DNA of 64,000 bases from contig CAMYVO010000001.1 in the NCBI GenBank assembly GCA_947302485.1, forward strand, positions 64,273 to 128,272, written 5' to 3'. Below the pieces are notes generated by a model. It ran no database searches. It saw nothing but the letters and a program-made list of their open reading frames with translations, and was not told the origin of the DNA. Of the stretch, positions 53,751 through 63,937 are shown piece after piece. Source of the DNA: an uncultured Clostridium sp. (lineage in GTDB: Bacteria > Bacillota > Clostridia > TANB77 > CAG-508). Made by a program: the position numbers and the translations under genes. Each line of letters begins with the position of its first letter. The first letter of the stretch is position 1.

Positions 53751-54200
53751 CTAAATTAGACCTGGTAATAAATGAACAATAATTTTTTTGTTTTCTATAT
53801 CAATATCTATTATTACTTCTGATATAGCTGGTAATAAAACTTGCTTACCTAAATTATCTTTTACTACATATACATCATTACTTCCTGTTGGAAATATATC
53901 TTCTACGTTTCCAAGTAGTTTATCATCATCTGTATAAACTTCAAGTCCAAGAAGATCAGCAATAAAAAAGGTATCTTTTGGAAGTTTAATAGCATCTTTT
54001 CTATCTATTTTAATATAGCAATTTTTGTACTGCTGTATATCTTCTATACTATTAATTCCCTCAAGTTTTAATAGAACTAAATTTTTCTGATATTTTACTT
54101 CTTCGATTCTAAAAGAAATTCTTTTATTGTTTTTTTCAATGTATATGCTTTTTAACTGATTAAATCTTGTAATATCATCTGTATAAGGAACTACTTTCAT
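53751..54200 (-). CDS. rimM: ribosome maturation factor RimM; N-terminus lies upstream in another frame
   Basis: RimM PRC-barrel C-terminus. The conserved …FEIGKIVNSYGIKG… N-terminal segment is encoded in frame upstream of the annotated ATG but lacks an in-frame start. ATGATG at 54256-54261 is +1 out of frame. Confidence 0.8.
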   Translation of the reverse strand: MKVVPYTDDITRFNQLKSIYIEKNNKRISFRIEEVKYQKNLVLLKLEGINSIEDIQQYKNCYIKIDRKDAIKLPKDTFFIADLLGLEVYTDDDKLLGNVEDIFPTGSNDVYVVKDNLGKQVLLPAISEVIIDIDIENKKIIVHLLPGLI

Positions 54201-54266
54201 AAATCCCTTTATTCCATATGAATTTACTATTTTACCAATTTCAAAATAATCTCCGCATCATTTTAC

Positions 54267-54497
54267 CTAACCTATAAATTCAATTGTAACTCTCTTTTGT
54301 TCTTTTGTAGCAATTGCTTTTACAAGAGTTCTTATTGCTTTTGCATTTTTACCTTGTTTTCCAATTACTTTTCCCATATCTGCTTCTGCAACTTTAATTT
54401 CATATACTGTACTTTTTTCTCCTGCCACTTCATTTACAGAAACAGCTTGTTTATCCTCTACTAGGTTTTTAATTATAATTTCGATAATTTCTTTCAT
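54267..54497 (-). CDS. khpA: KH-domain RNA-binding protein (KhpA/YlqC)
   Basis: 76 aa, …VIGKQGKNAKAIRTL…. Confidence 0.85.
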   Translation of the reverse strand: MKEIIEIIIKNLVEDKQAVSVNEVAGEKSTVYEIKVAEADMGKVIGKQGKNAKAIRTLVKAIATKEQKRVTIEFIG

Positions 54498-54511
54498 ATA
54501 GAATTACCTCC

Positions 54512-54742
54512 TTAAGCTCTTTCTATAAGTGATTTTACAGAATCTGTTGGTTTTGCACCATTTTTAATCCATTTTTCTAGTTTTTCTTTATCTAGTTTTA
54601 TTGTAGATGGATCAGTCATAGGATCGAATGTTCCTATTTGTTCAATTATTTTTCCATCTCTTGGTGATCTAGAATCAGCAACTACTATATGATAGAATGG
54701 AGCTTTCTTTTTACCAAATCTTTGTAATCTAATTTTTACCAT
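54512..54742 (-). CDS. rpsP: 30S ribosomal protein S16
   Basis: [31 protein letters not shown]…. Confidence 0.95.
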   Translation of the reverse strand: MVKIRLQRFGKKKAPFYHIVVADSRSPRDGKIIEQIGTFDPMTDPSTIKLDKEKLEKWIKNGAKPTDSVKSLIERA

Positions 54743-54796
54743 GTTTTTTCACCTCCTGAAAAGTATTAATATATATATAAACTTAAAAAGTTAATA

Positions 54797-56152
54797 TCAA
54801 AATTTAAAATTCTTTAATGCATTTTCATCGATACCTCTTAACATATTTTTCATGCCACCTTTTCCAGACTGCATCTTTTTCATCATTTTCCCAGTCATTT
54901 CAAAGGAATTCATAAATTTATTAATTTCTTGTACACTTGTTCCAGATCCTCTTGCTATTCTTAATCTTCTGCTACCATTTAATATTTTTGGATTTCTTCT
55001 TTCCTTTGCTGTCATTGAACAAATAATTGCTTCAATTCTTGTAAATTCTTTGTCATCAACTTTTAAATCTTTAAATTTATTCATTCCTGGTATCATTTTC
55101 AATATTGAAGAAAAAGATCCCATTTTTTTCATTTGTCTTAGTTGTGCTAGATAATCATCTAGGTCAAATCCTTGTTGTTTCTTTAGTTTTTCTTCTAGTT
55201 TAATAGCTTCTTCTTCGCTAAATGCTTGCTCAGCCTGTTCAATTACAGATAAAATATCTCCCATACCAAGAATTCTTGAAGCCATTCTATCTGGATGAAA
55301 AACTTCTATATCACTTAGTTTTTCTCCTGTTGCTGCAAATTTTATTGGCCTTTGTGTTACTTTTTTTACAGATAATGCAGCACCACCACGAGTATCACCA
55401 TCGAGTTTAGTAAGTACAACACCATCAATTCCTAAAGCTTCATTAAAGCTTGCCCCAACATTTACTGCATCCTGTCCTGTCATACTATCTACAACAAGTA
55501 AAATCTCATGTGGTTTAATATTTGCTTTTAATTCCTTTAATTCATTCATTAATTCTTCATCTATATGTAATCTACCTGCAGTATCTATAATAACGACATC
55601 ATTTAATTTTGATATTGCAACATTCATTGCTTGTTTTGCAATATGAACAACATCTTTTGATGTTTCATTTGCAAATACTGGTATATTAAGTTGTGAACCA
55701 ACCACTTGTAATTGTTTTATAGCAGCTGGTCTATATACATCACACGCAACAAGTAATGGTTTTTTTCCTTGTTTTCTTAATAGATTAGCTAGTTTGCCTG
55801 CTGTTGTTGTCTTCCCTGAACCTTGAAGTCCTACTAACATTATTATAGTTGGTGGATTAGGTGTAAAATTAATTTTACTTTCTACTCCCCCTAAAAGTTC
55901 TACAAGTTCATCTTTTACTATTTTTACAACTTGTTGTCCTGGTGTTAAAGATTTTAACACATCCTGACCTAGTGCTTTTTCCTGAATACTTGCAATAAAT
56001 TCTTTAACAATCATATAGTTAACATCTGCTTCTAAAAGAGCAAGTTTAACTTCTCTTAAAATATCTTTTAGATCAGATTCTGTTATTCTAGCTTTACCAC
56101 TTAACTTTCTTGTAATTTCTTGGAGTCTTGAAGATAATCCTTCAAATGCCAT
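54797..56152 (-). CDS. ffh: signal recognition particle protein Ffh
   Basis: NG domain with GTPase motifs (GLQGSGKTT, DTAGR) and a Met-rich M domain. Confidence 0.95.
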   Translation of the reverse strand: MAFEGLSSRLQEITRKLSGKARITESDLKDILREVKLALLEADVNYMIVKEFIASIQEKALGQDVLKSLTPGQQVVKIVKDELVELLGGVESKINFTPNPPTIIMLVGLQGSGKTTTAGKLANLLRKQGKKPLLVACDVYRPAAIKQLQVVGSQLNIPVFANETSKDVVHIAKQAMNVAISKLNDVVIIDTAGRLHIDEELMNELKELKANIKPHEILLVVDSMTGQDAVNVGASFNEALGIDGVVLTKLDGDTRGGAALSVKKVTQRPIKFAATGEKLSDIEVFHPDRMASRILGMGDILSVIEQAEQAFSEEEAIKLEEKLKKQQGFDLDDYLAQLRQMKKMGSFSSILKMIPGMNKFKDLKVDDKEFTRIEAIICSMTAKERRNPKILNGSRRLRIARGSGTSVQEINKFMNSFEMTGKMMKKMQSGKGGMKNMLRGIDENALKNFKF

Positions 56153-56163
56153 ATTTGCCTCCT

Positions 56164-56511
56164 TTATACTAAATCATTCAATTCGTGTTTAATGTTTTCT
56201 AAAATACTTGCAATTTGTTTATCAGAATATTTTGTCTGAATTTTAGATAGTTTTGATAATATCTTACCTATCTTTTGTTCTTGCTTTCTTGTCCTTTTCA
56301 TGATTCCTAGCTTTTCTTCTAATTCGAAAAGTTTGTTTTCTCCCTTCTTTAAATTATCTCTAACTGCTTGCCTTGTAATCTCCATATTGTCTGCTATTTC
56401 AGAAAGAGAATAATCTTTATTATAGTAGTCGTCTAATAATTTATATTGTTTATCTGTTAGCAAATTTCCATATATTTCACATAGAATACTAATTTCAATA
56501 TTTTTTTCCAT
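56164..56511 (-). CDS. ylxM: YlxM/p13-like putative DNA-binding protein (UPF0122)
   Basis: 115 aa, sigma-70 region-4-like HTH. In its conserved position upstream of ffh. Confidence 0.8.
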   Translation of the reverse strand: MEKNIEISILCEIYGNLLTDKQYKLLDDYYNKDYSLSEIADNMEITRQAVRDNLKKGENKLFELEEKLGIMKRTRKQEQKIGKILSKLSKIQTKYSDKQIASILENIKHELNDLV

Positions 56512-56726
56512 ACAACTACCCCTTTGATATGTAATGCTAATATACTTTACACTATTTTCATTCTTTTGTCAAGTACTTTTCTTGAATTTTGCTTAATATT
56601 TCAATATTTTTTAACTTAAACTGCAAATTATAGTATAATTAAAATGTAACATAATTGTTGCGCCTTTGAATTTATAGTCAATAATCAGAGGTGCAAGCCT
56701 CTGAATTAATATAAGGAGGTTATATT

Positions 56727-56945
56727 ATGCCTGCAAGGAAACTTACCCATAAAGAAATCGTTGAAGCAATAAGGGTAAAAACAGGATATATTATTAATCC
56801 TGAATTTGTTGCTTCTATTACGGCTCCTTGTGGAGATCCTGACTCGATTTATTATTGTGCATTTGCAGATTATAATTATAATGTACAATTTTTATGTCGA
56901 GTTAAAAAATCAGGAGTTGTAATCGTAAAAATGATTACATGGTAA
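56727..56945 (+). CDS. small plus-strand protein of unknown function (72 aa)
   Basis: Consensus SD aaggagg 8 nt before the ATG. Followed immediately by the strong terminator at 56946-56990. A candidate promoter TTTAAC, 18 nt, TATAAT lies at about 56608-56640. Confidence 0.5.
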   Translation: MPARKLTHKEIVEAIRVKTGYIINPEFVASITAPCGDPDSIYYCAFADYNYNVQFLCRVKKSGVVIVKMITW

Positions 56946-56990
56946 GTCAAAAGCTGACGTGGTCTATTACGGATCATGTCAGCTTTTGAC
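56946..56990. terminator. perfect 13-bp-stem bidirectional terminator (small ORF and valS)
   Basis: gtcaaaagctgac … gtcagcttttgac. Confidence 0.7.
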
Positions 56991-57013
56991 TTACATAATA
57001 TAAATACTTTCTT

Positions 57014-59680
57014 CTATTTCATACTGTTTAATCTTTCTTCTACTTTCTTTAGCATTTCTTTGTAATTATTAAGTTTTTCTTTTTCTTCATTAACTTTTGC
57101 TTTCGGAGCCTTGCTTGTAAATCCTGGATTTGACAGCATCTTTTCTCCTCTTAAAACTTCCGCTTCTAATTTTTCTTTTTCCTTATTTAATCTTTGAGTC
57201 TCTTCTTTTATATCTACTAAATCTTCAAATGGAATATATAATTCTATACCTTTTCCCAAAATACTAATAGCATTAGAAGCAATATCATCTTTGTTTTCTT
57301 GAATCTTTAGTTCTTTGCCAAATCCTAATTTTAATATAAAATCTTTTGATTCTTCTATTTCCTTCTTAAATTCTTTTGTTACAAATATTAATTCTGCTTT
57401 TTTACTTGGATGTATATTCATATTAGCTCTTACATTTCTTATTCCAACTATTATTTCTTTTAAGTTCTCTACTATCTGCTCTTCTTTATTAAATGCAAAT
57501 TCTGTTTTTCTAACATGTGGCCATTTATTTAACATTATTTCCTTGTTTTCATATTCTACAAGTTCTTTAAAAATTTGCGCAGTAACAAATGGCATAAATG
57601 GATGTAATAATTTTAATGCTGAACCAAATATATGATTTAAAATATCACACACTCCTACTTTGTCTTCATAGTTATCGCTATATAATCTTGGTTTAACAAT
57701 TTCTATATACCAATCACAAAATTCATTCCAAATAAAACTATAAATATTATCTAGAGCAATTCCTAATTCATAGTTTTCTATATTATATGTAACATCTTTA
57801 ACTAGCTTATCTAATTTATTTAAAATCCATTTATCTTCTATCTTTAATAAACTAGAATTATATTGTTCTGTATTTGGATTATATACTTTTTTACAATATT
57901 CCTTTATGTCTTCTTCATTTACAAAATTTGAAATTATAAATTTTGCTGCATTCCAAATTTTATTCGCAAAGTTTGCTGCTTGATCTAATTTTTCTGGCAT
58001 GTATTTAATATCATTTCCCATAGTTGTTCCAGATATAACTGAAAATCTTAAGGCATCAGCCCCATATTCATTTATTACCTCTATAGGGTCAACACCATTA
58101 CCAAGTGTTTTTGACATCTTTCTACCTTGTGAGTCTCTTACTAGTCCATGTATTACTACATCTTTAAATGGAATTTCATTCATCTGATAAAGTCCACATG
58201 TAACCATTCTTGATACCCAGAAAGTTATAATGTCATATCCTGTTACGAGTGTGTTTGTAGGATAATATGTTTCTAAATCCTCTGTATTGTTTGGCCAACC
58301 AAGTGTTGAAAATGGCCATAATGCAGAACTAAACCATGTGTCTAAAGTATCCTCATCTTGATAAATGTTAGAACTTCCGCAAGCTTCACATTTTCCAGGA
58401 TTTTCTTTTGCAACTGTTATATGATTACATTCATTACAGTAATATGCTGGTATCCTGTGTCCCCACCATAGTTGTCTAGATATGCACCAATCTCTAATGT
58501 TTTCTACCCAATTAAAATATGTTTTCTCATATTTTTGTGGTACAAATCTTATTTTCCCACTTTTAACTGCATCTATTGCAGGCTTAGTTATTTCTTTCAT
58601 TTTTACAAACCATTGTTCAGATATCTTTGGTTCTATTGTTGTTTTACATCTTTCACATTTTGCAACATTGTGAGTATAATCTTCTATAGAAACTACTGAA
58701 CCTAATGCTTTTAACTTTTCTACAATTATCGGTCTAGAATCAATAGCCTTCATGCCTTTTACTTCTGGCATTAAATCAAGCATTATAGTATCATCATCAA
58801 ATACTTCTATAATCTCTAAATTATGGTCAAGACCTGCTTGATAATCATTAGGATCATGTGCAGGTGTTATTTTAACACAACCTGTACCAAATTCCTTTTC
58901 TACAAATCTATCCGCTATTATTGGTATTTCCCTATTTACAATTGGCACAATACATGTTTTTCCAACAATATCTGTATATCTTTCATCATCTGGATGAACA
59001 GCAACTGCGGTATCACCAAGCATTGTTTCTGGTCTTGTTGTAGCAACTTCAACAAATCTATCTTCACCTTTTATTTGGTATCTTAAATGCCATAAATGAG
59101 ATGCTTCTTCTTTATATTCTACTTCTGCATCTGATATAGCAGTATGGCAACTTGAACACCAGTTTACCATTCTTTCGCCTTTATATATTAGTCCATCATT
59201 ATACAGCTTTACAAATTGTTCAAGAACCGCTTCTGACATTCCTTCATCTAATGTAAATCTATTTCTATCCCAATCGCAAGTGCATCCAAGCATTCTTTGT
59301 TGTTTTTGAATTGTGCTTCCATAAAGATGTGTCCAATCCCATGCTTCTTTTAAAAATCCTTCTCTTCCTAAATCTTGTTTTGTTTTTCCTTCGCTTTTAA
59401 GTTTTTGTACAACTTTCATCTCTGTAGAAATTGCAGCATGATCTGTTCCTGGAAGCCATAATGTATTATATCCCCTCATTCTTTTATATCTAATTAAAAT
59501 ATCTTGAATTGTATCATCTAATGCATGTCCCATATGAAGTTTTCCTGTTACATTTGGAGGTGGCATCATAATACAATATGCATCTTTTGTTTTATCTTCA
59601 TTTGGCTTAAAGTATTCTTCTTTCTCCCAATGCTCATATAACTTTTCTTCAAAGTCTTTTGGATTATACTTGTCGTTCAT
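57014..59680 (-). CDS. valS: valine--tRNA ligase
   Basis: Class I HIGH motif (HMGHALD), KMSKS (KMSKTLGN), editing domain and C-terminal coiled coil. Confidence 0.95.
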   Translation of the reverse strand: MNDKYNPKDFEEKLYEHWEKEEYFKPNEDKTKDAYCIMMPPPNVTGKLHMGHALDDTIQDILIRYKRMRGYNTLWLPGTDHAAISTEMKVVQKLKSEGKTKQDLGREGFLKEAWDWTHLYGSTIQKQQRMLGCTCDWDRNRFTLDEGMSEAVLEQFVKLYNDGLIYKGERMVNWCSSCHTAISDAEVEYKEEASHLWHLRYQIKGEDRFVEVATTRPETMLGDTAVAVHPDDERYTDIVGKTCIVPIVNREIPIIADRFVEKEFGTGCVKITPAHDPNDYQAGLDHNLEIIEVFDDDTIMLDLMPEVKGMKAIDSRPIIVEKLKALGSVVSIEDYTHNVAKCERCKTTIEPKISEQWFVKMKEITKPAIDAVKSGKIRFVPQKYEKTYFNWVENIRDWCISRQLWWGHRIPAYYCNECNHITVAKENPGKCEACGSSNIYQDEDTLDTWFSSALWPFSTLGWPNNTEDLETYYPTNTLVTGYDIITFWVSRMVTCGLYQMNEIPFKDVVIHGLVRDSQGRKMSKTLGNGVDPIEVINEYGADALRFSVISGTTMGNDIKYMPEKLDQAANFANKIWNAAKFIISNFVNEEDIKEYCKKVYNPNTEQYNSSLLKIEDKWILNKLDKLVKDVTYNIENYELGIALDNIYSFIWNEFCDWYIEIVKPRLYSDNYEDKVGVCDILNHIFGSALKLLHPFMPFVTAQIFKELVEYENKEIMLNKWPHVRKTEFAFNKEEQIVENLKEIIVGIRNVRANMNIHPSKKAELIFVTKEFKKEIEESKDFILKLGFGKELKIQENKDDIASNAISILGKGIELYIPFEDLVDIKEETQRLNKEKEKLEAEVLRGEKMLSNPGFTSKAPKAKVNEEKEKLNNYKEMLKKVEERLNSMK

Positions 59681-59861
59681 AAAATATTCCTCCTTTATCT
59701 CATGTGCAAAAATAAACTTCGTCTCGCGTCGTTAAAATTTAGATTGCAAATCCTCGACGTACAACAGTACGACTCCAGTATTGCAACTAGATTTTGCCTA
59801 GCGATACTTGTTTCTTTTTACACTTAATTATGTGTTTTAAATTTTTAACTATTAACTTTAC

Positions 59862-60165
59862 ACTATACACTCTTAACTAAAACAGCTCACCCTTACATTA
59901 CATAAGGGCGAGCTGTTCTTCTCACGGTACCACCTTAATTATATATTACATTTAATAATATATATCTTAAATAACGTTAACGCCGTATATACGTATATTC
60001 TTACTTGTATTTCAGAATATCAACTCCAAAGCTACTTCAATTTATCTTTTTCTATAAGAAGCTTCCAGCCTATGGCTTCTTTTCTCTTTTAGCAAGTATA
60101 AATTTACTACTCTTTTTCCTAGTTTTTATGCATTTATATTAACATATTATTTACTATTCGTCAAT
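59862..60165 (-). promoter_or_regulatory. T-box riboswitch leader of valS with promoter
   Basis: Minus-strand T-box aaggtggtaccgtgagaag (plus-strand 59900-59930). Terminator aacagctcgccctta/taagggtgagctgtt with a G.U pair, plus a U-run (plus-strand 59871-59910). Candidate promoter TTGACG, 17 nt, TAATAT near 60128-60160. Confidence 0.8.
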
Positions 60166-60180
60166 TAATTTATTTTGATA

Positions 60181-60372
60181 TTATCTGCAAAAGAAAATTA
60201 TAAGAGCTCCAATGATTGTAAAAATAAATCCAAATATTTTAAATCCGCTAGTAGCTTCATTTTGATCACCAAAGCTAAATAATTTTTTTGTAAGAATCCT
60301 TGCATCATATACCATTATAACTCCAACTAAAGTAATTAAAACACCAACAACAAACAAAATTGTCTTAAACAT
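60181..60372 (-). CDS. small two-TM membrane protein
   Basis: 63 aa with two hydrophobic helices. Confidence 0.45.
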   Translation of the reverse strand: MFKTILFVVGVLITLVGVIMVYDARILTKKLFSFGDQNEATSGFKIFGFIFTIIGALIIFFCR

Positions 60373-60485
60373 AATTTCAACATCCTTATAACTTTAATTA
60401 TATTAATATATTATTGCTTTTTTACTTAAAAGTCAAGAGGTGACCAAAAAAGGAACTGTCCCTTTTGGGTCATCTCTTGACTTTT

Positions 60486-62537
60486 TTATATTGCAAGTCC
60501 ATTTTCTAATTTTTTATCTATTATCTTTCTTAGTCTCAAATTTTTTTCTTCTTTTAATTCTGAGTCTTCAGATATTATCTTTATGGCTACAGATTGAACC
60601 TTCTTTAACATAGGCATATCTTCAAATAGATTAGCTATTTTAAATTCTGGAAGTCCATGTTGCTTTGTTCCAAAAAATTCTCCTGAACCTCTTAGCTCCA
60701 AATCTTTTTCTGAAATAACGAATCCGTCATTTGTATCTTGCATAACCTGCATTCTTTTTCTTATTATTTCACTATTTCCTTGATATTTTAAAATACAATA
60801 TGATTGATATTCTCCTCTACCAACTCTTCCTCTTAACTGATGAAGTGTTGCAAGGCCAAATCTTTCTGCATTTTCTATTACCATTATACTTGCATTTGGT
60901 ACATTTACACCTACTTCTATTACAGTAGTAGATATTAATATATCAATATTTCCACTTTTGAATTCATTCATTATTCTTTCTTTTTCTTTTGCTTTTAGTT
61001 TACCATGTATGTATTCTACTTTAAATTCTTTAAAAATCTCATTTTTATATTTTTCTGCAAGTTCCATTACAGACTTTGCATTAATCTCTTCGTTTTCTTC
61101 AACTAGTGGACATACAATATATACTTGTCTTCCCTCTTCTATCTGTTTTTTTATAAAATTATTTACTCTTTCTTCCATTGATTTTCTTACAGCAAATGTA
61201 TCGATTTTTTTACGATTTGGTGGAAGTTCATCGATAATTGAAATATCTAAGTCACCATATAAAATTAAAGCAAGTGTCCTAGGAATAGGAGTTGCTGTCA
61301 TAACTAAAGTATCTACATTTTTTCCTTTGTCTGATATCATTTGTCTTTGTCTTACTCCAAATCTATGTTGCTCATCTGTTACAACAAACCCAAGATTTTT
61401 GAAAACTACATTTTCTTCTATTAATGCATGTGTTCCAATTAATATATCTATTTTTCCTTCTTTTAAATCTTCTAATATCCTTTCTTTGTTCTTCTTTGTT
61501 GTGCTTCCAACTAATAATTCACATTTAATTCCAAAAGGTTCTAATACTTGTTTAAATCCTTCTAAATGTTGGCTTGCAAGTATAGATGTTGGAGCCATAA
61601 TTGCTGCTTGATAACCACTTTTTACTGCTTTGTATGCAGCAATAATTGATACAACAGTTTTTCCAGATCCTACATCTCCTTGTAATAATCTATTCATCAT
61701 TTTATCAGATTCCATATCTTGATCTATTTCTTCTAATACCTTAAGTTGTGCTTTTGTTAATTTAAATGGTAAGTTTAATATAACATCAGACATTTTAACA
61801 TTTTTATCAAACTCTATTCCTGAATTTTTTTGTATATTTCTATTTTTTAAACTTAGAAGTAAAACTTGCATTGTTAATAATTCTTCAAAAACTAACCTCT
61901 TCCTTGCTCCTTCAAATTCATCAAATGAATTTGGAAAGTGTATTTTATTTGTTGCTTCATTTATCGAATATAGATTAAATTCTTTTATTAAATAATCTGG
62001 AAGTGTTTCTTCTAAACTACCATTTACTACTTTTAATCCATTCTCAATTATTTGACGAATTGTATTTTGAGATAATCTATATGTTAATGGATAAATAGGA
62101 ATAATTTTACCCGTATTTTTATTATTACCTTCTATATCAAACACTGGTGAAAGCATCTCTATCTTTCCTGATTTATAGCTTATTTTTCCATAAAATTTGT
62201 ATGTTTTTCCTGGTTTAAAAATACTTTTTAAATAGCTTTGATTATACCAAGTAATTATGCATGAATCTGTATCATCTCTTACAATTAATTTATATATTGT
62301 CATATTTCTTCTTCCAGTTCTTATTTCACTTACTCGAGATACAGCCATCCCTTCAATTAAAGCTTCTTCTCCATCTACTAAATCGATAATCTTTTTAGGC
62401 TTTCCTCTATCTTCATATTCTCTTGGATAATATGTAATTAAATCTTCTAGATTATAAATATTTAAATTTTCAAGTAGCTTTGCTCTGTTTGGTCCTACTC
62501 CCTTTATGTATTGTATATTTTGTTTTAAATCTACCAT
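60486..62537 (-). CDS. recG: ATP-dependent DNA helicase RecG
   Basis: Wedge domain plus DEAD/DEAH helicase motifs (GDVGSGKT, DEQH). Confidence 0.95.
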   Translation of the reverse strand: MVDLKQNIQYIKGVGPNRAKLLENLNIYNLEDLITYYPREYEDRGKPKKIIDLVDGEEALIEGMAVSRVSEIRTGRRNMTIYKLIVRDDTDSCIITWYNQSYLKSIFKPGKTYKFYGKISYKSGKIEMLSPVFDIEGNNKNTGKIIPIYPLTYRLSQNTIRQIIENGLKVVNGSLEETLPDYLIKEFNLYSINEATNKIHFPNSFDEFEGARKRLVFEELLTMQVLLLSLKNRNIQKNSGIEFDKNVKMSDVILNLPFKLTKAQLKVLEEIDQDMESDKMMNRLLQGDVGSGKTVVSIIAAYKAVKSGYQAAIMAPTSILASQHLEGFKQVLEPFGIKCELLVGSTTKKNKERILEDLKEGKIDILIGTHALIEENVVFKNLGFVVTDEQHRFGVRQRQMISDKGKNVDTLVMTATPIPRTLALILYGDLDISIIDELPPNRKKIDTFAVRKSMEERVNNFIKKQIEEGRQVYIVCPLVEENEEINAKSVMELAEKYKNEIFKEFKVEYIHGKLKAKEKERIMNEFKSGNIDILISTTVIEVGVNVPNASIMVIENAERFGLATLHQLRGRVGRGEYQSYCILKYQGNSEIIRKRMQVMQDTNDGFVISEKDLELRGSGEFFGTKQHGLPEFKIANLFEDMPMLKKVQSVAIKIISEDSELKEEKNLRLRKIIDKKLENGLAI

Positions 62538-62588
62538 ATTATTTTCCTTTTCTATTTTTTTTAAATTATATCACATACATTATTAAAA

Positions 62589-62627
62589 ATAAATTAGTAA
62601 AGAAAATTTAAATTTTCTTTACTAATT
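62589..62627 (-). terminator. perfect 19-bp-stem AT-rich terminator after ytfJ
   Basis: aaattagtaaagaaaattt / aaattttctttactaattt. Confidence 0.6.
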
Positions 62628-62635
62628 TATTTTAA

Positions 62636-63241
62636 TTACTCATCATCTTCTGATAAGAATTCTTCCTCAATATCAATCTTATCTGGTGAATTTTCATTTT
62701 TATTATATTCATAAGAAATATTAATATTTTTAGGTTCATGTTTTTTTTTATTTTTTATTTTATAATCATTTCTCTCATTTTTATTTTGTCTATTTTTATT
62801 TTGATATTCTTTATTTTTTTCATCTTTTTTATTTTGCATGTTTTTATTTAACATAGAACTCGCCTTTTCCATCAAATCTGGTATATAGTCTAATAATTTA
62901 TCTAAAGCTGATGAATGATTAACTGGTAATAATTTAATATTTCCATTTTGTACTACTAAAAAAGCAACTGGGTTTATACTAACTCCTGCTCCTGAGCCTC
63001 CTCCAAAGGGAAGCCTATATTGTATTTCTTCTTCTTTATCTATCTTTTTATATTCATCAATAGTTTCTCCTTTAAATTCACTTCCACCAGCTGCAAATCC
63101 AAAGCTAACTTTAGATATTGGAATAATTGTAATATTATTCCCAGCTTCTATTGGTTCACCTATTATAGTATTTACATCAATCATGTCGCGGATACTATTC
63201 ATAGCTGTAATCATAAGTCCTTCTATTGGATGATTCCCCAT
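62636..63241 (-). CDS. ytfJ: sporulation protein YtfJ/GerW with a K/N-rich C-terminal tail
   Basis: MGNHPIEGLM…VSFGFAAGGSEF… matches B. subtilis YtfJ. About 60 extra K/N/E-rich residues at the C-terminus. Confidence 0.85.
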   Translation of the reverse strand: MGNHPIEGLMITAMNSIRDMIDVNTIIGEPIEAGNNITIIPISKVSFGFAAGGSEFKGETIDEYKKIDKEEEIQYRLPFGGGSGAGVSINPVAFLVVQNGNIKLLPVNHSSALDKLLDYIPDLMEKASSMLNKNMQNKKDEKNKEYQNKNRQNKNERNDYKIKNKKKHEPKNINISYEYNKNENSPDKIDIEEEFLSEDDE

Positions 63242-63872
63242 TTTTATCCACTCTCCCTTTTTTTAACAAATTAAATATTATAAAAATAATATGTACTATT
63301 TTTAAGCTAAATATACCTTTTAAATTTATATTTAATAAATTCTGATTATAATAAAGTGGGAGAATTTTATAGTTTGATTCATTTATTCCATTTTCATTTA
63401 AAACTCTTGTTAAAATCAGTGAAATAATTGTAGATATAAATGTAGTTAATATAGATGTAACTATTACATCTTCTGTTCCTATTTTTAAATCCAAATCGAT
63501 TTTGGAAATTTCTACTATTTTTTTATTATTTATATATTTTTTTATATATTCTTTAGCATCTTTATTTAATTTAAAATTACTTTTTATTTTATTTAAATCC
63601 ACTTTTTTAAATTTTTCTTTAAAATTAAATTTTTCATTTATTTTTTTTATTTTCTCATCTGTAATATTACTGCTTAAAATTTTTATTTTGTTAAATAATA
63701 TAAGCTGTATTGAAATTACAAACTTAATTTTAAATTTATCAATACTATTCTCATTATTAAGATTAGAAATATACAAATTATTAATATCCACTTTTAATGT
63801 TGATATTATTGCTAAACATAAAAATAGTGTGATTAATATTAGCAATATAAAAAAAAGAAAAACTGATATCAT
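63195..63872 (-). CDS. ytfI: DUF2953 (YtfI-like) sporulation-associated membrane protein
   Basis: TM N-terminus, K-rich body, overlaps ytfJ as in the ytfI-ytfJ pair. Start taken at MISVF. Confidence 0.6.
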   Translation of the reverse strand: MISVFLFFILLILITLFLCLAIISTLKVDINNLYISNLNNENSIDKFKIKFVISIQLILFNKIKILSSNITDEKIKKINEKFNFKEKFKKVDLNKIKSNFKLNKDAKEYIKKYINNKKIVEISKIDLDLKIGTEDVIVTSILTTFISTIISLILTRVLNENGINESNYKILPLYYNQNLLNINLKGIFSLKIVHIIFIIFNLLKKGRVDKNGESSNRRTYDYSYE

Positions 63873-63937
63873 ACATTCACCTTCTTTGTATAATATTAGT
63901 TTTTCCAATATTTTCTAATCTATTCTTTATTTTTTAC

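Noticed and set aside
56706-56888. 60-aa minus-strand ORF overlapping the 72-aa plus-strand gene
   Set aside because: No RBS and a K/R/N-rich low-complexity sequence. The plus-strand ORF has the consensus SD and terminator, so the minus frame is taken as spurious.
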